DNA of 64,000 nt from an uncultured Ruminococcus sp. (GTDB lineage Bacteria; Bacillota; Clostridia; Oscillospirales; Ruminococcaceae), in contig CAMWIR010000001.1 of assembly GCA_947174365.1 (NCBI GenBank), positions 9,100-73,099 on the forward strand, written 5' to 3'. Under the pieces are notes generated by a model that saw only the letters and a program-made list of their open reading frames with translations, was not told where the DNA came from and did no database searches. Position numbers and translations under genes: made by a program. Positions 28,338-38,927 of this stretch are shown piece by piece; position 1 is the stretch's first letter, and every line of letters starts with the position of its first letter.

Positions 28338-28420
28338 GTCGCTCATTTTGAGAAAATTGAAATAACACAAAAAGCAAGAGGCAAGATGAACATACCATTC
28401 ATCTTGCCTCTTGCTTCTAA
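28338..28420. repeat. Family B element (copy 6); terminator-like, directly 3' of tRNA-Tyr
   Basis: Perfect 19-bp stem AAGCAAGAGGCAAGATGAA / TTCATCTTGCCTCTTGCTT. Confidence 0.8.
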
Positions 28421-28421
28421 G

Positions 28422-28503
28422 TGGAGGAGGATGGATTCGAACCATCGAAGCTGAAAGCAACAGATTTACAGTCTGCCCCCTTTGGCCACTCGGGAACTCC
28501 TCC
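28422..28503 (-). tRNA. tRNA-Tyr(GUA), second copy, CCA not encoded
   Basis: Reverse complement GGAGGAGTTCCCGAGTGGCC...GACTGTAAATC...GGTTCGAATCCATCCTCCTCCA followed by CTT. Confidence 0.96.
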
Positions 28504-28531
28504 GTATTTTTTACGCTTGTGGGATTTTACT

Positions 28532-28559
28532 ATTCTAACCTCTTACCTCTAACATCTAA
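28532..28559. repeat. Heptamer tandem element (family A, copy 5) in the tRNA spacer
   Basis: ATTCTAA CCTCTTA CCTCTAA CATCTAA. Confidence 0.75.
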
Positions 28560-28561
28560 AA

Positions 28562-28635
28562 TCGGGGCGACAGGACTTGAACCTGCGGCATCTTGCTCCC
28601 AAAGCAAGCACTCTACCAAACTGAGTTACGCCCCG
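28562..28635 (-). tRNA. tRNA-Pro(UGG), CCA not encoded
   Basis: Reverse complement CGGGGCGTAACTCAGTTTGGTAGAGTGCTTGCTTTGGGAGCAAG...GGTTCAAGTCCTGTCGCCCCGA. Confidence 0.95.
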
Positions 28636-28945
28636 CCGTCTTTGATTATATTATATAGTCTGCCCGGTAAAAGAGCCTATCCACAACTAATTCATAATAA
28701 CATATTTGCGGCGGATTGTCAAGACTTTTTTTAAAGTTGTACCGAAATTGTAAAATGTTACAAAAGTGACCTTTGTGAGTTTCCGAATAATTGTAATTAT
28801 GTATAATTTTTTGGGGAAAATGTATAAAATTTGCAATAACGGTTGCTTTTTTTTTCTTGATTTGGTATAATATAAGTTGTATAAGTGTGTCATTTATTAT
28901 TAAAATGACTTGGTTTATACACGGCAAAGGAGCTGCGGCAGGCAT

Positions 28946-29353
28946 ATGAAAATTCCCTTTTTAAGCAGAATGGTAAATGAACAGTTCAATTTCATAATGC
29001 CCAAGGCTCTGTTTGCGGATCTGTTGGTTTTTGTTGCTGCATTGCCCTTTTACGGGCTTCGGCCGGAGGTTCCTCTGGGGCTGCTGCTGGGTACGGCTGC
29101 TATGACGGCGAATTTCCTTCTTCTGGGGTATTCCGCCGAGCGGGCTGTGGAAAAAACCACGCAGAAAAGCGCTCAAAGGTATATGTTCAGCTTCTATCTC
29201 ATTCGTCTGACTGTTATGGGGGCTGCTTTGGTCGTGGGCTTTAACTGTGACGGGATAAATCCTGTGGCAGTGTTTCTCCCTCTTTTATGGCCAAAGACCA
29301 TATACACGGCGGACGCAGCGATAAAGCATTTCAAAAACAGAGACAGGAAATAG
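28946..29353 (+). CDS. atpI: ATP synthase protein I
   Basis: Four-TM small protein, first gene of the atp operon. Confidence 0.75.
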   Translation: MKIPFLSRMVNEQFNFIMPKALFADLLVFVAALPFYGLRPEVPLGLLLGTAAMTANFLLLGYSAERAVEKTTQKSAQRYMFSFYLIRLTVMGAALVVGFNCDGINPVAVFLPLLWPKTIYTADAAIKHFKNRDRK

Positions 29354-29394
29354 GAGACAAACAAATCTGAGGGAAAGGAGGGTGACTGTTTTCT

Positions 29395-30225
29395 ATGGTT
29401 AATAAAATCGCCGCCGGGCTTTTTGCTGCGACCGAAGGCGCTGTGAAGGCTTTTGACACCGAGCTTCATGTGGACGTTGTGGGTCCCAAGAAAATGATAA
29501 TCTTTTTTAACGGTGATACGGAGCTTTTCGCCATTTCCGAAACGGTCGTTACGGGGTGGCTGCTGATAATTGTGCTGTTTGCGCTTATGTGCTGGCTCAC
29601 AAGCGATCTGAAGGTAGTTCCCACGTCGAAAAGGCAGGTTCTGGCTGAGTGGTTCGTCACGTTCTTCAATGACCTTGTAAGGGAAAATATGGGAGCTAAA
29701 ATGATGCACATGGCGCCTTATATCGCCACCATATTCACCTTTGCTCTGACGGGTTCACTGGTCAGTGTATTGGGGCTTCGCAGTATGACCGTTGACATCA
29801 ACTGCACCGGCACATGGGCTGCTGTGACACTTATCCTCATAACCTTCTACAAGATAAAGAGCAACGGATTCGGAGGCTATCTCAAAGGGTTTACCGAGCC
29901 TGTGCCCGTTATTACGCCCATTAACATACTGAGCGAGGTCGCAACGCCTGTGGCTATGGCGCTCCGTATGTTCGGCAACATTTCCAGCGGCATGATCATC
30001 AGCTCCATTATTTACGCTTTTCTGACGGTACTGAGCAATGTGGTGTATAATCTTATCCCTGCGCTGGCTTCCGCCACATTCCTTAACAATTTCCACATTT
30101 TCCAGATAGGCGTTCCTGCGGTGCTGTCGATCTATTTTGACTTTTTCTCAAGCGTTATCCAGTCTTACGTTTTCATAATGCTGACTATGGCTTATGTGGG
30201 CGACGCGGCAGGGAAAGAGGAATAA
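29395..30225 (+). CDS. atpB: F0 subunit a
   Basis: PINILSEVATPVAMALRMFGNI...IQSYVFIMLTMAY. Confidence 0.96.
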   Translation: MVNKIAAGLFAATEGAVKAFDTELHVDVVGPKKMIIFFNGDTELFAISETVVTGWLLIIVLFALMCWLTSDLKVVPTSKRQVLAEWFVTFFNDLVRENMGAKMMHMAPYIATIFTFALTGSLVSVLGLRSMTVDINCTGTWAAVTLILITFYKIKSNGFGGYLKGFTEPVPVITPINILSEVATPVAMALRMFGNISSGMIISSIIYAFLTVLSNVVYNLIPALASATFLNNFHIFQIGVPAVLSIYFDFFSSVIQSYVFIMLTMAYVGDAAGKEE

Positions 30226-30350
30226 TTACGGTGATTGCAGATCATCAAGGCAAATTTATTATGCGGTTTTGATAAAAACCACAGCGACACAAGTTGACGC
30301 AGAAAATGTAAATACATACATTTTCCGAAAATAAAAATTTATGGAGGTAA

Positions 30351-30647
<297 letters not shown>

Positions 30648-30687
30648 TCGGACGGGAAAGCGGCAGAATAGGGAGGAAAGTGTAAAT

Positions 30688-31206
30688 ATGAATGTTACAA
30701 GTCAATGGTTCGATTTTTTCAGCATTGAGCCGAGTACAATAATCGGCGTTCTGTGCAATACTCTTATTCTGTTTTTACTGTTCAAAAAATTTCTGTTTGC
30801 TCCTGTGAACAAGATAATCGAAGAACGGAAGGCGCAGGTCTCAAAGACCTATGAAGAAGCCGACGCAGCTCTTGCATCTGCCAAAAGCAAGGAGACCGAG
30901 TACAACGAAAAGCTTGCTGCTGCCAAAAGCGAGGCGGACGAGCGTGTGAGAGAGGCTACCAGAAAGGCTCAACAGCGCTCCGACGAGATCATCGCAAATG
31001 CAAAGCAGGAAGCCGCAGGGCTTGTTGATAAGGCTAATGCCGACATTGAAAGGGAGCGCAAGCGCGCTGTAAACCGCATCAAGGACGAGATATCCGATAT
31101 TGCCGTAACTATTGCGGGCAAGGTCATCGGCAGAGAGGTTGCCGGGGACGAGGAGCAGGACAGGCTTATTGATGAGTTTATAGGCGGCTTGGGAGAAGAT
31201 GAATGA
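30688..31206 (+). CDS. atpF: F0 subunit b
   Basis: N-terminal TM, FAPVNKIIEERK, Ala-rich coiled coil. Confidence 0.95.
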   Translation: MNVTSQWFDFFSIEPSTIIGVLCNTLILFLLFKKFLFAPVNKIIEERKAQVSKTYEEADAALASAKSKETEYNEKLAAAKSEADERVREATRKAQQRSDEIIANAKQEAAGLVDKANADIERERKRAVNRIKDEISDIAVTIAGKVIGREVAGDEEQDRLIDEFIGGLGEDE

Positions 31207-31239
31207 CCCCTTTGAAATGTAGGAAAGGAGTGGCTTTAT

Positions 31240-31785
31240 ATGGCGACCTCTGTTGACAAGGTTTATTCTTCCGCCTTGTTATCTATAGCAAGAGAGGATA
31301 AATCCGCAAAGGCCATGGACAAGGAGCTGAGCACCTTGGCGGGCATTTGCGGGGACAATCCCGAGCTTGCAGCGGTGCTGTGCGCCCCCACTGTTACAGA
31401 GGGCGAGAAGCTTTCCCTTATTGAGAAGATCTTCAAGGGGAGAGTGAGCGGCATTATCTATAATTTCCTTTGCGTGCTTGTTACGAAAAACCGTTTCGGC
31501 TGCCTTAGCGGCATTGCCGAGGAGTTCCGAAAGGAATACTACGAGGAATACGGCATAAGGGAGGTCACTGTCACAACGGCAGTTCCCTTAAAGGATAAGC
31601 TGCGGGAAAAGCTTATGGCAAAGCTCCGCAAGATGTACGGCAAGGAGATCATCCTTATCGAAAAGACCGACCCCTCGATAATAGGCGGTATGGTCATTAC
31701 CTGCGGAGGCAGTATGCTGGACGGCTCGGTCAAAACAGAGCTTGAAAATATGCACAGGCAAATCAAGGATATGGTTGCGGGCTAA
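31240..31785 (+). CDS. atpH: F1 subunit delta
   Basis: [25 protein letters not shown]...DGSVK. Confidence 0.95.
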   Translation: MATSVDKVYSSALLSIAREDKSAKAMDKELSTLAGICGDNPELAAVLCAPTVTEGEKLSLIEKIFKGRVSGIIYNFLCVLVTKNRFGCLSGIAEEFRKEYYEEYGIREVTVTTAVPLKDKLREKLMAKLRKMYGKEIILIEKTDPSIIGGMVITCGGSMLDGSVKTELENMHRQIKDMVAG

Positions 31786-31829
31786 AACCCCGCCATAGAC
31801 ACTTTTTGAAAAACGAAAGGGTGAATCAG

Positions 31830-33344
31830 ATGGATTTGCGCCCGGATGAAATAACCGGTATAATTAAAAATCAGATCAAGAACTTCAGTTCCAAAATTGA
31901 GCGGACCGACACGGGCACGGTCGTTACCGTGGGTGACGGTATTGCACGTATCCACGGGCTTGACAGCTGTATGTCGGGCGAGCTGCTAGAGTTTGAAGGC
32001 GGCGTATACGCCATGGCCATGAACCTGGAGCAGGAATTCGTGGCAGCGGTGCTGCTTGGTGCGGACACTGAGATCAAGGAGGGCGACACCGTTAAGAGAA
32101 CGGGCAACGTTGTTTCCGTTCCTGTGGGCGATGAGATGCTGGGAAGAGTTGTAAATTCCCTGGGTCAGCCCATTGACGGCAAGGGTCCTGTCCTTGCAAA
32201 AGAGAAAATGCCCATTGAGCAGCCTGCCTACGGTATTATCACAAGGAAATCCGTAAGCAGACCTTTGCAGACGGGCATTAAGGCGATAGACTCAATGATA
32301 CCCATCGGAAGAGGTCAGCGTGAGCTTATCATAGGCGACCGCCAGACGGGTAAAACAGCGATTGCGCTGGATACAATCATCAACCAGAAGGGCAAGGACG
32401 TTATCTGCATTTATGTTGCGATAGGTCAGAAGCGCTCCACTGTGGCAAACGTGGTGGAAACGCTGGACAAGAACGGGGCTATGGGCTACACTATTGTGGT
32501 TTCCGCTACCGCCTCAGAGCTTGCGCCCTTGCAGTATATTGCGCCTTATACGGGCGTTGCCATGGGCGAGTATTTCTTGAAGCAGGGCAAGGACGTGCTT
32601 TGCGTGTACGACGATCTGTCAAAGCACGCTGTGGCTTACCGTACCCTTTCTTTGCTGCTTAAAAGACCGCCCGGACGTGAGGCATACCCCGGAGATGTAT
32701 TCTATCTCCATTCAAGACTGCTCGAAAGAGCTTGCTGCCTGAACGAGAAATACGGAGGCGGGTCGATAACGGCACTTCCTGTTATCGAAACTCAGGCGGG
32801 AGACGTTTCTGCGTACATTCCCACCAACGTTATCTCCATTACCGACGGGCAGATATTCCTGGAAACAGACCTGTTCAACTCGGGCGTTCGTCCTGCCGTA
32901 AACCCCGGTATCTCCGTATCGAGAGTTGGAGGCGCAGCGCAGATAAAGGCTATGAAAAAGGTTTCGGGTTCCTTAAAGCTCACCTATTCCCAGTACAGAG
33001 AGCTGCAAAGCTTCTCCCAGTTCGGTTCGGATCTGGACAAGGATACCAAGGACAGGCTTGCGCTGGGTGAGAGAGTGGTTGAGGTATTGAAGCAGGACAG
33101 AAACTCGCCTCTTACCGTTGAAAATCAGGTAATCATTATCTATGCCGTTACCAACGGCTATTTAAAGGATATCCCCGTGGAGAAGATACACGACTTCGAG
33201 GCTGAGTTGTTTGCGGATATTGCGGAAACTGCTCCCGAGATCGTAAACTCCATTAAGGAAACCAAGGAGCTGACAAAGGATAACGAGCAGGCTCTTAAAG
33301 ACAAACTTGAGGAATTCGTAAAGAAATTCCTTGAAAGCCTGTAA
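31830..33344 (+). CDS. atpA: F1 subunit alpha
   Basis: [40 protein letters not shown]. Confidence 0.98.
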   Translation: MDLRPDEITGIIKNQIKNFSSKIERTDTGTVVTVGDGIARIHGLDSCMSGELLEFEGGVYAMAMNLEQEFVAAVLLGADTEIKEGDTVKRTGNVVSVPVGDEMLGRVVNSLGQPIDGKGPVLAKEKMPIEQPAYGIITRKSVSRPLQTGIKAIDSMIPIGRGQRELIIGDRQTGKTAIALDTIINQKGKDVICIYVAIGQKRSTVANVVETLDKNGAMGYTIVVSATASELAPLQYIAPYTGVAMGEYFLKQGKDVLCVYDDLSKHAVAYRTLSLLLKRPPGREAYPGDVFYLHSRLLERACCLNEKYGGGSITALPVIETQAGDVSAYIPTNVISITDGQIFLETDLFNSGVRPAVNPGISVSRVGGAAQIKAMKKVSGSLKLTYSQYRELQSFSQFGSDLDKDTKDRLALGERVVEVLKQDRNSPLTVENQVIIIYAVTNGYLKDIPVEKIHDFEAELFADIAETAPEIVNSIKETKELTKDNEQALKDKLEEFVKKFLESL

Positions 33345-33358
33345 GGCGGTGAGGACGC

Positions 33359-34222
33359 ATGGCAACAGGAAATATGAAGGACATAAAACGCCGTATAAAA
33401 AGCGTTGAGTCCACTATGCAGATCACAAAAGCCATGGAACTGGTTGCCTCCTCCAAGCTCAGAAAGGCAAAGGAGAAGGCAGACAAAGCCAGACCTTATT
33501 ATAAAGAGCTGTATGATACCATGTGCGTTATACAGGCGGAAAACCCCAAGTTCCTCTCTCCGTTCACAAAAAGCGACAGCGAGGGTAAGACCCTGCTTGT
33601 TGTGGTTGCGGGCGACAGAGGTCTTGCAGGCGGCTTTAACTCCAATGTGTTCAAAATGGCGGCTGCAAGGATAGAAGAGCTGGGGGGCAAGGATAATGTT
33701 GACATTCTTGCGATCGGCAAAAAGGCTGTGGAGTATTTCGACAAAAGGGGCTATAACCTTATTGAGCGCCACGCCGCAATAGCCGAGGGAATAAAGATAC
33801 ACCAGGCATCCTATATAGCGGATGCGGTGGTAGATCCCTATATCAAGGGCGTTTACAGGGGGGCGGAAATATTCTACACGGAATTCGTTTCCGCCATTAC
33901 CCAGCAGGCTGTGACAAAGCACCTGCTGCCTGTGGAGCTGCGTGATATCGAGGTATCGAAAGCGCTGCCCATTTATGAGCCGTCCGTCGGTGAGGTTTTC
34001 AACCACATTGTTCCCAGGTATATCACGGGAATGATCTTCGGAGCGGTGGTGGACAGCTTTGCTTCCGAGCAGGCTGCAAGGCGCAATGCCATGGAGAACG
34101 CTTCGGACAACGCCAGCGAGATGATCAGCAACTTGTCGCTCATTTACAACCGTGCCCGTCAGGCGTCCATTACTCAGGAGATCACCGAGATCGTGGGCGG
34201 TGCAAGCGCAGGGTCGGAATAA
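33359..34222 (+). CDS. atpG: F1 subunit gamma
   Basis: IKSVESTMQITKAMELVASSK...NRARQASITQEITEIV. Confidence 0.98.
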   Translation: MATGNMKDIKRRIKSVESTMQITKAMELVASSKLRKAKEKADKARPYYKELYDTMCVIQAENPKFLSPFTKSDSEGKTLLVVVAGDRGLAGGFNSNVFKMAAARIEELGGKDNVDILAIGKKAVEYFDKRGYNLIERHAAIAEGIKIHQASYIADAVVDPYIKGVYRGAEIFYTEFVSAITQQAVTKHLLPVELRDIEVSKALPIYEPSVGEVFNHIVPRYITGMIFGAVVDSFASEQAARRNAMENASDNASEMISNLSLIYNRARQASITQEITEIVGGASAGSE

Positions 34223-34276
34223 TTATACATTTTGTATATTTAAGTGAATTTATACAGCATATATATTTTTATTTTT

Positions 34277-34313
34277 AGAGGTTATAAAATCTAACCTCTT
34301 ACCTCTAACTTCT
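34277..34313. repeat. Heptamer tandem element (family A, copy 6) inside the atp operon spacer
   Basis: GGTTATAAAATCTAACCTCTTACCTCTAACTTCT (34280..34313) is the exact reverse complement of 41648..41681. Confidence 0.8.
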
Positions 34314-34396
34314 TCCGCAGAAATCTGCATAACAGTGTAAATGAAATGCGGGCAGAGTAAGGAGCAACTCAAAACAAACAAACTTCTAAGAGCTGA

Positions 34397-35806
<1,410 letters not shown>

Positions 35807-35820
35807 GGGGGTAGAGTAAT

Positions 35821-36228
35821 ATGGCAACTCCCTTTAAGCTTACGGTGATAACGCCCGAAAAGACCTTTTTCGACGATAACGCCGAGCAGGTAATCGTGCG
35901 CACCACCGAGGGCGACATAGGTATACTTGCGAACCACATAAGCCTTGTGGCAAGTCTGCCTTCGGGACCTATGAAAATAACCACCGAGAGCGGCAGCCGT
36001 GCCGCAGCGGTTTCCGCAGGACTGATAAAGGTCGGCGGAAACGAGGTGCACATTTTCGCAGACGCTGTGGAATGGGCTGACGAGATTGACCTTGACTGGG
36101 CGCAGCGCTCCAGAGAAAACGCCGAGCAGAGAATTGCCGCAAAGAACAGCGAGCGTGACTTTGCTCTTGCGGAGCTCAAGCTCAAGCGTGCCCTTAACAG
36201 GATCAGCGTGCATAATAATTTAAAGTAA
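35821..36228 (+). CDS. atpC: F1 subunit epsilon
   Basis: LTVITPEK, GDIGILANH, C-terminal helices LKRALNRI. Confidence 0.96.
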   Translation: MATPFKLTVITPEKTFFDDNAEQVIVRTTEGDIGILANHISLVASLPSGPMKITTESGSRAAAVSAGLIKVGGNEVHIFADAVEWADEIDLDWAQRSRENAEQRIAAKNSERDFALAELKLKRALNRISVHNNLK

Positions 36229-36268
36229 AATGTTTAATTAAATCCAAGTCATACTTATAAAGAAGTTT

Positions 36269-36306
36269 AAGCCCCGAAGCAATTATTGATAACTGCTTCG
36301 GGGCTT
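36269..36306. terminator. Terminator hairpin after the atp operon
   Basis: AAGCCCCGAAGCA...TGCTTCGGGGCTT. Confidence 0.85.
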
Positions 36307-36369
36307 ATTGTTTGTATCCGATTACTCGCATAAACAGGAATTCAGCGATTTACCTTAGTAATAACCCAT

Positions 36370-37338
36370 TTATCCTTTTCTTCCCTTCATCATCGGAAAC
36401 ACCTTTGCATGCAGCAGCCCGACCAAATTAACAGCAATTTTCCTCGGCAGCATTTTGTAAACCGCTGCCGCAATTTTTTTCTTTCTCGGGCGATTGTCGT
36501 TCATAGGGGGTATATCACGCCATGGGGACATATTTTTATATCTTGCCCATTCGGAAGAATACGGGTGCTCACATCCCTTGACCCAGGGTCTGACCGATAA
36601 AAAGCTTGATGTAAAATGAACGATCGCAGGATCTTTTTTCGCCTCCCGTATCTCTTTTTCCGAATAATATTCCTTTGGCTGTCGAAAAGCCATAAGATCA
36701 TTGTATGAAAAATCAAAAAGCGCGGTATAACAATTGTAGCAAGGGTGGACGCAAAGCATTCTTTCGGAGCATACGCCGTTTATCACATCCTGATCGGGAT
36801 ATGTCACAGAATTAATGTGAGCTTTAAGAAAATCCATAAATTCATCCTCGTGCCATTTGTTCGGATCAATAAGCAGCACCCCGCTGTTGCAGTACAGATC
36901 ATGCTCACCCATTCCAAGGTTTTTCAGATAATTTTTGCTTACGCAGTCCCGCACTCCCGCTGCGGAATAGCCCCGGGTATCCGTCATGTAAAATTTTTCC
37001 AAATTTCTGCGCACCAGCACATCGCAGTCCAGATAAAGCACTCTGTCAATTTCCTTCGGCAAAAGCCGCCGCAGATATATCCTTGTAAAAGCGCTTTTGC
37101 TCCACCGCAGAGACCGCACCTCCTGAGGGACCTGCACATTTTCCACGGAAATATACGATATTTTCCGGTTATATTTATCCCCTATCGAATTTATTTTTTT
37201 CTTATTGCCGCTGCTGATCTTGTCGTCAAGGATATAAACCGCAATATCCTCACATTTTTTATTATTTTCAAACAACGAGATTATTGATATGCCAAGCATT
37301 TGGGAAAAATTATCATCGCTTGCATAAACTACATTCAT
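36370..37338 (-). CDS. Glycosyltransferase family 8
   Basis: MNVVYASDDNF, RVLYLDCD, YCNSGVLLI, PDQDVIN, IVHF...RPW. Confidence 0.92.
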   Translation of the reverse strand: MNVVYASDDNFSQMLGISIISLFENNKKCEDIAVYILDDKISSGNKKKINSIGDKYNRKISYISVENVQVPQEVRSLRWSKSAFTRIYLRRLLPKEIDRVLYLDCDVLVRRNLEKFYMTDTRGYSAAGVRDCVSKNYLKNLGMGEHDLYCNSGVLLIDPNKWHEDEFMDFLKAHINSVTYPDQDVINGVCSERMLCVHPCYNCYTALFDFSYNDLMAFRQPKEYYSEKEIREAKKDPAIVHFTSSFLSVRPWVKGCEHPYSSEWARYKNMSPWRDIPPMNDNRPRKKKIAAAVYKMLPRKIAVNLVGLLHAKVFPMMKGRKG

Positions 37339-37464
37339 ATTAAAAGCTCCATTTTTTAACAGCATTACCAAGATTACCCAAGAAAGCATACGCCCTCTTG
37401 GGTAATGATGTACTGCGCTGCACACTGTTTTCGGTATCTGCGCTGTAAAGGGATTTAGTCAAAT

Positions 37465-37752
37465 TCAGTCGGTAGCAGGGTCGTCGGCATATGTAGCCAC
37501 GGAATCGGCGGTTTCCTCACCCTTGTCGGCCTCGGCGGAGGTCTTTTCTTCATCAACGACCTTGTTTGCAGCCTCATCGTAAACGCTCTTTACGAAATCG
37601 GTTGCACCGTTCACAACCTTGATACCCGCAGCCATAATATCAACCGCCGTCTTGCGGACAGTTTCCGATTCTGCGATCTTCTGCCCTACCAGAACAGCCG
37701 CCGCACCCGCTAACGTGCAGCATATTTTAACGCGCTGAAAATAGCCTAACAT
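37465..37752 (-). CDS. Small hypothetical protein (DUF1490/DUF6110-like)
   Basis: N-terminal hydrophobic/amphipathic helix and acidic tail; own promoter TTGACA-17-TATAAT upstream on the minus strand. Confidence 0.65.
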   Translation of the reverse strand: MLGYFQRVKICCTLAGAAAVLVGQKIAESETVRKTAVDIMAAGIKVVNGATDFVKSVYDEAANKVVDEEKTSAEADKGEETADSVATYADDPATD

Positions 37753-37968
37753 AAAAAATCATTCCTTTCATAATGAGGGTTTCCCCTTCAGGAGAAAATC
37801 CCGACAGCTTTTGTTTACAATTAAATTATACTCCCAAAATCCTTGCCTGTCAATAGATATTGCCGTTTTTTAATCAGATTTTAATGTGGTGTAATGTTAT
37901 TTTAATATAAGCTTAGGAAAAATTAAAAATTATTAATGGTTGTCGGTTTTACAGTGTAAGCTGCCATT

Positions 37969-38823
37969 TTAAAGCGAGCGGTAATAATTCTGCATCTCCG
38001 CCGCATCTTCCGTTTGCGTGCCCGAGCTTTCGCAGATTATCGTGGGCGACCAGCCCCGACGGTAAATCTCCTCCAAAAGAGGTTCATAATCCGGACCGAA
38101 GCCGTTGTTATTTTCAAAAGTAACGTGGCGCTTTTCGCCGCCCGGGACAGTAAATTCTATCTTGGAAAAATGGCTGTGGAAAATCTTTGCCCTATCTAAG
38201 CCCACGCCGTTTTCCATAAGATCAAGCATTTTGGCGTAGTCCTCTTTGCCTTTTATCCCGCCGAATGTGCGGGCGTTAAGGTGTCCGAAATCCACAGTGG
38301 GCAAAAAGCTGTCGTCCACCTTGCAAATTTCAATGACCTCTTCCAAAGTCCCCAGCTGATTTACCTTTCCCATAGTTTCAGGGCAGCAGATAATATCCGA
38401 AAGACCCGCCTCGTCAAGAGCTTTTTTCGCCCTTTTCATAGTGTCCTTCGCCAGTGCCAGCGCCTCTTCACGGGAAATTTTGGCGCATGAGCCGCTGTGA
38501 ATAACTATTCTTTGCGCTCCCATTGCTTTGGCAGCTTTGGCGGATTCCAGAATATAGCTCACAGAGTTCAGACGTTTTTCCTCGTCTGTTCCCGAAAGGG
38601 ATATGAAATAAGGAGCATGCAGGGATAATGTCATACCTGCGTTTTTAAAGGCTGTGCCTATTTCCTCCGCTGCCTTTTGTGATATCCTTACTCCCTGCCC
38701 GCACTGGTATTCCATATGGGTAAGTCCGAATTTCTCCAAATACTCAGGGCTCTGAACGGATCTTTTATATCCCATGGTTTTAAAGCTGTCTCCGCTGCCT
38801 GCGGGTCCGAATGTTGCCGACAA
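37969..38823 (-). CDS. nfo: Endonuclease IV-like AP endonuclease (TIM barrel)
   Basis: LHAPYFISL, VIHSGS, PETMG, DFGHL, HSHFS, RH, ICES metal ligands; TTG start. Confidence 0.8.
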   Translation of the reverse strand: MSATFGPAGSGDSFKTMGYKRSVQSPEYLEKFGLTHMEYQCGQGVRISQKAAEEIGTAFKNAGMTLSLHAPYFISLSGTDEEKRLNSVSYILESAKAAKAMGAQRIVIHSGSCAKISREEALALAKDTMKRAKKALDEAGLSDIICCPETMGKVNQLGTLEEVIEICKVDDSFLPTVDFGHLNARTFGGIKGKEDYAKMLDLMENGVGLDRAKIFHSHFSKIEFTVPGGEKRHVTFENNNGFGPDYEPLLEEIYRRGWSPTIICESSGTQTEDAAEMQNYYRSL

Positions 38824-38927
38824 TTAAAACACATCCTTTTTGTTTTTTCGGTAAAGCACCGATCAAACCGTTTTTAAAATATTTTGATCTCACAAACGGT
38901 TATTGGCGGCTTTTCCCTAACCTCCGA

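Noticed and set aside
36459-36473. 15-nt match AAACCGCTGCCGCAA to the 8704 hairpin arm
   Set aside because: Lies inside the GT8 coding sequence with no partner arm; probably chance.
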